Positions 58,985-64,000 of a stretch of 64,000 nt of DNA are shown piece after piece (position 1 is the stretch's first letter; every line of letters starts with the position of its first letter). The stretch spans positions 22,489,513 through 22,553,512 of the forward strand of contig NC_088304.1 in assembly GCF_032854445.1 (NCBI RefSeq), in the 5' to 3' direction. The DNA is from Liolophura sinensis. Taxonomy: Eukaryota. The notes under the pieces were generated by a model. That model saw nothing but the letters and a program-made list of their open reading frames with translations. It ran no database searches and was not told where the DNA came from. A program made the translations under genes and the position numbers.

Positions 58985-59755
58985 CCACCACACTGTATTC
59001 TTTAGTCACTTCTAGCGCATGACAAAGTACATGTACGTAATGTACACATTAGTCACTTCCAGTGTAAGACAAAGTATGTACATAGTGTACACATTAGTCA
59101 CTTCCAGTGCATGACAAAGTACGTGTATGTAATGTACACATTAGTCACTTCCAGCGCATGACAAATGACATGTACATAATGTACACATTAGTCACTTCCA
59201 GTGTATGACAAAGTGTATGTACGTAATGTACACATTAGTCACTTCCAGCGCATGACAAATGACATGTACGTAATGTACACATTAGTCACTTCCAGTGTAT
59301 GACAAAGTGTATGTATGTGGTGTACACATTAGTCACTTCCAGCGCATGACAAAGTACATGTACGTAATGTACACATTAGTCACTTCCAGTGCATGACAAA
59401 ATGTATGTACGTAATGTACCCATTAGTCACTTCTAGTGCATGACAAAGTACAGGAAAGTAATGTACACATTAGTCACTACCAGCGGATGATAAAGTACAT
59501 CTACGTAATGTACACATTAGTCACTCCCAGCGGATGACAAAGTACGTGTAAGTAATTTGTTGGTGCCAGCGGATGACAAAGTACAGGAACGTAATGTACA
59601 CATTAGTCACTACCAGCGCATGACAAAATGTATGTACGTAATGTACACATTAGTCACTTCCAGTGTATGACAAAGTGTATGTATGTGGTGTACACATTAG
59701 TCACTACCAGCGCATGACAAAGTACATGTACGTAATGTATACATTAGTCACAAAC
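58985..59755. repeat. Satellite with a unit of about 46 bp in about 16 copies (cattagtcacttccagtgcatgacaaagtacgtgtatgtaatgtaca).
   Basis: Direct repetition with a period of 45-48 bp. ORF 59663-59950 partly overlaps it. Confidence 0.9.
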
Positions 59756-62700
59756 ACTGTCATGAACACTATTGTTAACACTATCAAAAACTTACCTCAT
59801 GACTTGACATTTGTAGATCAATGTTTTCTACCTTGTAAATCGATATACCCAAATGATTATGATCCATCAAGTTCTCTCAAGGGAGACCGATGTCAGTCAC
59901 CCGGACAAGGAGGTCTTCTCATGGCTCAACATATGTTAAATCTAGACTGAGAAATGTTTTAAGAACTGCAACCACCCTGAATTAGAGCAAAGAAACGTAC
60001 CAACGACTGCAAATACCAAGCCATCAGGACCAGGAATGTTTCAAGACCCAAAATAACAATCAAGAAACCCGGTTTAAGAACGGTGCACGGACGCGTGGAC
60101 AACGAAATGTTTCGACTCTGCCAAAAACTGAGAAATGTTGGCCAAGAAATGATCTCATATGTTCTAAAAAGTACTGTAATACATGCATTAAATACTAGTA
60201 GCTGTTCCATGGAAATGACATAAATCTGTACCAGTGTGCAGAGCTAAATGTACATGCAAAAGTACCCGATAACCACTAATCCAGGCTTGGTCATCAAGGA
60301 GTTTCTTATTGTAAAAACAGTATTAAAAACTAATCTCCAAACTACACAGGGGTTTTTTTTCTGGCAGTGAGATACACAAACATTTGTCTTCTAACACTGG
60401 TACTGTCTGTGCAATCTCTGCCTTATAGACCGTAACTTCATTGCTTTTGCGAGTGAAGGGAATAGATACTATATGTGTATTGCTGTCAATCAGCGCACGT
60501 TTTGATCAAACCTGCCATTAGCCCAGAACTGGTATCCGAATATATGTAAATTTATAACACAAAACAGGAAATTCATCTGTTCTACTCTCGAGAATATTTG
60601 ACAAGCTGCAATCTCACTCATGCTATTTACCCGTCCGGACAATAAGTCACCGATACTCCCTTGAAGTTTACGTCTGAAACAATCAACATCTTCGTTGGAT
60701 TCACTTGCATGACATTTTTCGTCTATACTTTTAACCATACTGACATCTATTGCCACATGTACAACCAACAACTGGTCAAATACTTCTTAACATGTCGTAC
60801 ACAAACTCAACCTAGTGATAACTTGTATTACTTTCTTTGTTTATACGGCATAACCAGTCAAATATTCTATAACATTTTTAAACTTACAACCAGCTTTTAA
60901 CACATATTTTTTTTACACTTCAGTCGCTGATTCCAATACACCTTGCACAGGTATGATGAAGAATTCTGTGCTTTGCTTACATCTTGCAACAACACCAGCG
61001 TTCATGAAGATTTTAAACAACCTACCATAAATGATCCCAAACACTGAATGGATATACAATGCCACATTGTAACACGACAGCATGAGCTGCTGTACTGTTA
61101 GATCAAGTTATATCCAAGTCAAGTGACAGAACCTAATGCTTGTCTTCAATTATATATATATAGGATTTCACTGTGTCCACATTCACAGTTTTCAGGAAAT
61201 TCTGAATGGGTCAAGCCATCATTAGATTTCAATAGGGTCTTTCCAAACAGGTCCACTAATACAAATTCGTGTTTGTTACTAACTCCTCCAAATAATTCTT
61301 TTAAATAATACATTTTGTAGTTTCCACCGAAAGCGTGCACATCTTATGTGATCTAACATATTAATATTGTCATCAACAAAACCCCTACCTATTTGACTAG
61401 ATGTTGAATCAGACCATGAAGAGACTAGTCGTGCATCCAGAGGAAGAGGTTCAAAACCAGCTCTCTCTTTTGATTCAGAAGCCTCAAAGACGACATGGAC
61501 ATTAAATACCTTTGGCGTACTGCTTAGTCAAAGAAAGAAAAATGCCCAGAAATATAAAAACATCCAGAGGTTCCTCATATATCCGGTCAGACAAGACCCC
61601 AATAAATAAGTCATAAATAAAAACATCTACTTTGTACACTGAATAATTCGATTATCTCTTAATGGAGGAAGTTGCTGTGAAGACAGTGATATATTTACAC
61701 GTAGAACTAAAACATACATTAAATAAGACCTTATAAAAATCTACAATCTATCTATAAATGTAACATAAAACTGTGCAGTAAATGTCACGGCTCAAAGGTT
61801 CACTTTCACTCATGGGATTGTCCGTTAACTTTTATCATCATATCTGGGATGGGGATATTCTATCTAACTGGCAGTACAGCTCTACATGGCCCAATACACA
61901 GCAATCGTAACTTTTCTGTTTTATTCACACCACAACAATACACTACAGTATGGACTGTGTTCTGTTCAGTGAGGAAATTAACACCGGTAACCTTCTGCAT
62001 ACACAGAACCTGTTGGATGTGATCATCAAACTCTACTACATTGGGTATCGGTTGGGTATGTTCAGAACTGTGTCAGTTATTCCCTATGAGCATATATATT
62101 TTACCCAAATAGAGGAATACTAGCAATGCATTAGTGGTGACGAACAGTGCAGGCAGTATGTCGAGGGTAAGGGGACCAAGGTTTTCTGTCTTGCCCACAG
62201 TGCTGTTTATATTCCAAATACGCAGGCAAATCTTATCGTCATTGGGTGTACAAGCCCGGAAGGTATATTTTTTTACGAGCAATTTAACGAAGACGGCACT
62301 TAAACTAACATGTGCACAGGTGTTCTGTGATTCTATAGAGAGGTAAGCGGTTCACAACTATATCGTGTCACTTTTTGACACCATTTTTGCCTCTCGTATT
62401 AACAGAAACCAATGTGAATTTAGTCGACCTTTTTGAATTAAAAATGGTATTTCTAAGATAAAGATCCAAATTACTAGCAAACAGCCACCTACAATCATGT
62501 GAACACAAAACTTACATACATTGACTGAGAACACATTTGACAGGCATCATTACAGGGCTCATAAGTTTGGGGAGCTGGCAACACTGTCAGCAAGGAAATC
62601 TGCGGTGATATTTGATGCATCGTCTGGTAGACCTTTCAACATATATGGTGACCCGATGAATTCAGTACCAGTCAACCACTTAAAAAGGCAACTCCATGAA

Positions 62701-64000
62701 AGCAGACCAATTCTGTAAGACGAATCGGAAGCTAGACACGACGTGATCTCCTTACTAACAAACGGCGTGGGTGAAGAAAATGGTCCTCCGAACGTTATTG
62801 CACAGGATATTCAAGACCGAGGCCATCTGGACACCTGCCGTTTTACTCGCGCATACATGCCATGTAAAAATCAGTGTACGTATTAAAAAGTATTGTGGTT
62901 ACTTGGGATTTGCATCAGTTTGGTAGAGCTTAGATTCAATTTTGGTGACCACTCCGGGATTCGAACCACTGAGATGTAATGGTGTGGTAGTTTTAATAAA
63001 CCCAGCATAGGACCGTTTTGTGGGAGCGCGTTTACACTAAAAAATTCATCTGTTAATTTTAACAGAAAGTCTGCTGTTTAAGTGATACTAGAGTATATTC
63101 GGCTACTGTAACCTAATACTGTATCATGTTCAACATAATATTCTGTTAGTCTAACAGAATATTTGTGCCATATTTAACAGAATAATCTGTTGCAATAGCA
63201 GAATGCATTCTAGCGTCAATCAGGAAAAAGACTTTCTAATAAAATTAACAGATTAATATTTTGAGTGTAGGTAAAAAAAGGATTGGACATGACGCGATGT
63301 TCAATCTGTACTTCTACATAAAAACGCAGTTCACGGACAGGTTTATCACATGTACATAGCGACCGCTGTAAAAACTTTCATTATTACCATATTAAGTGAC
63401 CTTTGTGATCTAAAATAGCAGTTTTGTGCAATAATCCACATCTCACTTATTCCTGTGAAATTCAATAAAATCCTTGCAGAAAATGAGACAACTGGTAAAT
63501 GCAGACCAATTCATGATAAAATAAGCAAGCGTTCAATAATCATTGCTGTAGACCTCGGTAACATCACTTGTGTAAATCAACATCATGAAAAGCTGTTTCC
63601 TTATTATAAAAATTTGGTCCTTTGCCGACATAACAAATATTATGACTCACAAAATAATTTCAAAATAAAATATAACAAAACAAACAATGTTAAATCCTTT
63701 TAACGCACTATTTCCTGATGTAATTAAAATCTATGCAACTTACGCTGCCTGGATTCAGGGCACAAAGATTAAAAGTTCAATAAAACAAGATGCCCATGCG
63801 AGTAGTTTCATATTCTAGAAGTTCATCTCGTATCAAATGAACCACATGGGACCATCTGTATACATCCCTTGTTATCAGTCATCGAACAGGGCTAAAAGTT
63901 GAACACAGTTTAGGCGTCAAAACCAGCTCAAAGTTGAACACAACTTGTGGCGTCTGGTCCTTATGCGTATGGGTCTATGGAAACGTTTACACTTAATAGG

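Noticed and set aside
1-64000. Regularly spaced direct repeats that might be CRISPR arrays.
   Set aside because: This is a eukaryotic sequence. All the arrays are head-to-tail satellites with no unique spacers.

Overview
This is a eukaryotic, repeat-rich genomic window, most likely from a marine invertebrate and possibly a mollusc (inferred from gene content; I am not confident about the taxon). More than half of it is tandem satellite arrays and tRNA-derived SINE copies. Fifteen tandem arrays have unit lengths of 22 to 105 bp. About 22 copies belong to one SINE family with a tRNA-like head and a (TAAA)n tail. A few spliced genes lie between the repeats. (1) A plus-strand gene at about 7.6-16.0 kb encodes two tandem prokineticin/astakine-like 10-cysteine domains. 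It has five exons with canonical splice sites and consistent intron phases. (2) A plus-strand collagen-IV NC1 (C4)-like gene has its last three exons at 28.4-30.65 kb. (3) A minus-strand short-chain dehydrogenase (SDR) gene has the bacterial-type 3-hydroxybutyrate-dehydrogenase signature GSTSGIGLG. Four of its exons lie at 46.77-50.28 kb. (4) An intronless-looking sarcoplasmic-calcium-binding-protein-like locus at 54.5-55.4 kb carries an internal tandem duplication and frame breaks. A second, degenerate copy lies on the minus strand at 34.27-34.70 kb. (5) A 5'-truncated LINE tail lies at 52.6-53.0 kb. The most unusual observation concerns three tandem arrays that each start exactly at an exon terminus and are made of copies of that terminus. 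The 78-bp satellite (11886-14830) copies the last 30 nt and donor site of an astakine-like exon. The 80-bp satellite (47985-49235) copies the VLVNNAG-encoding exon end and donor of the SDR gene. The roughly 60-bp array (30620-31265) copies the stop-codon region of the C4-like gene. All gene calls were made by eye from motif recognition and splice-site and phase logic. None has been confirmed by a database search.
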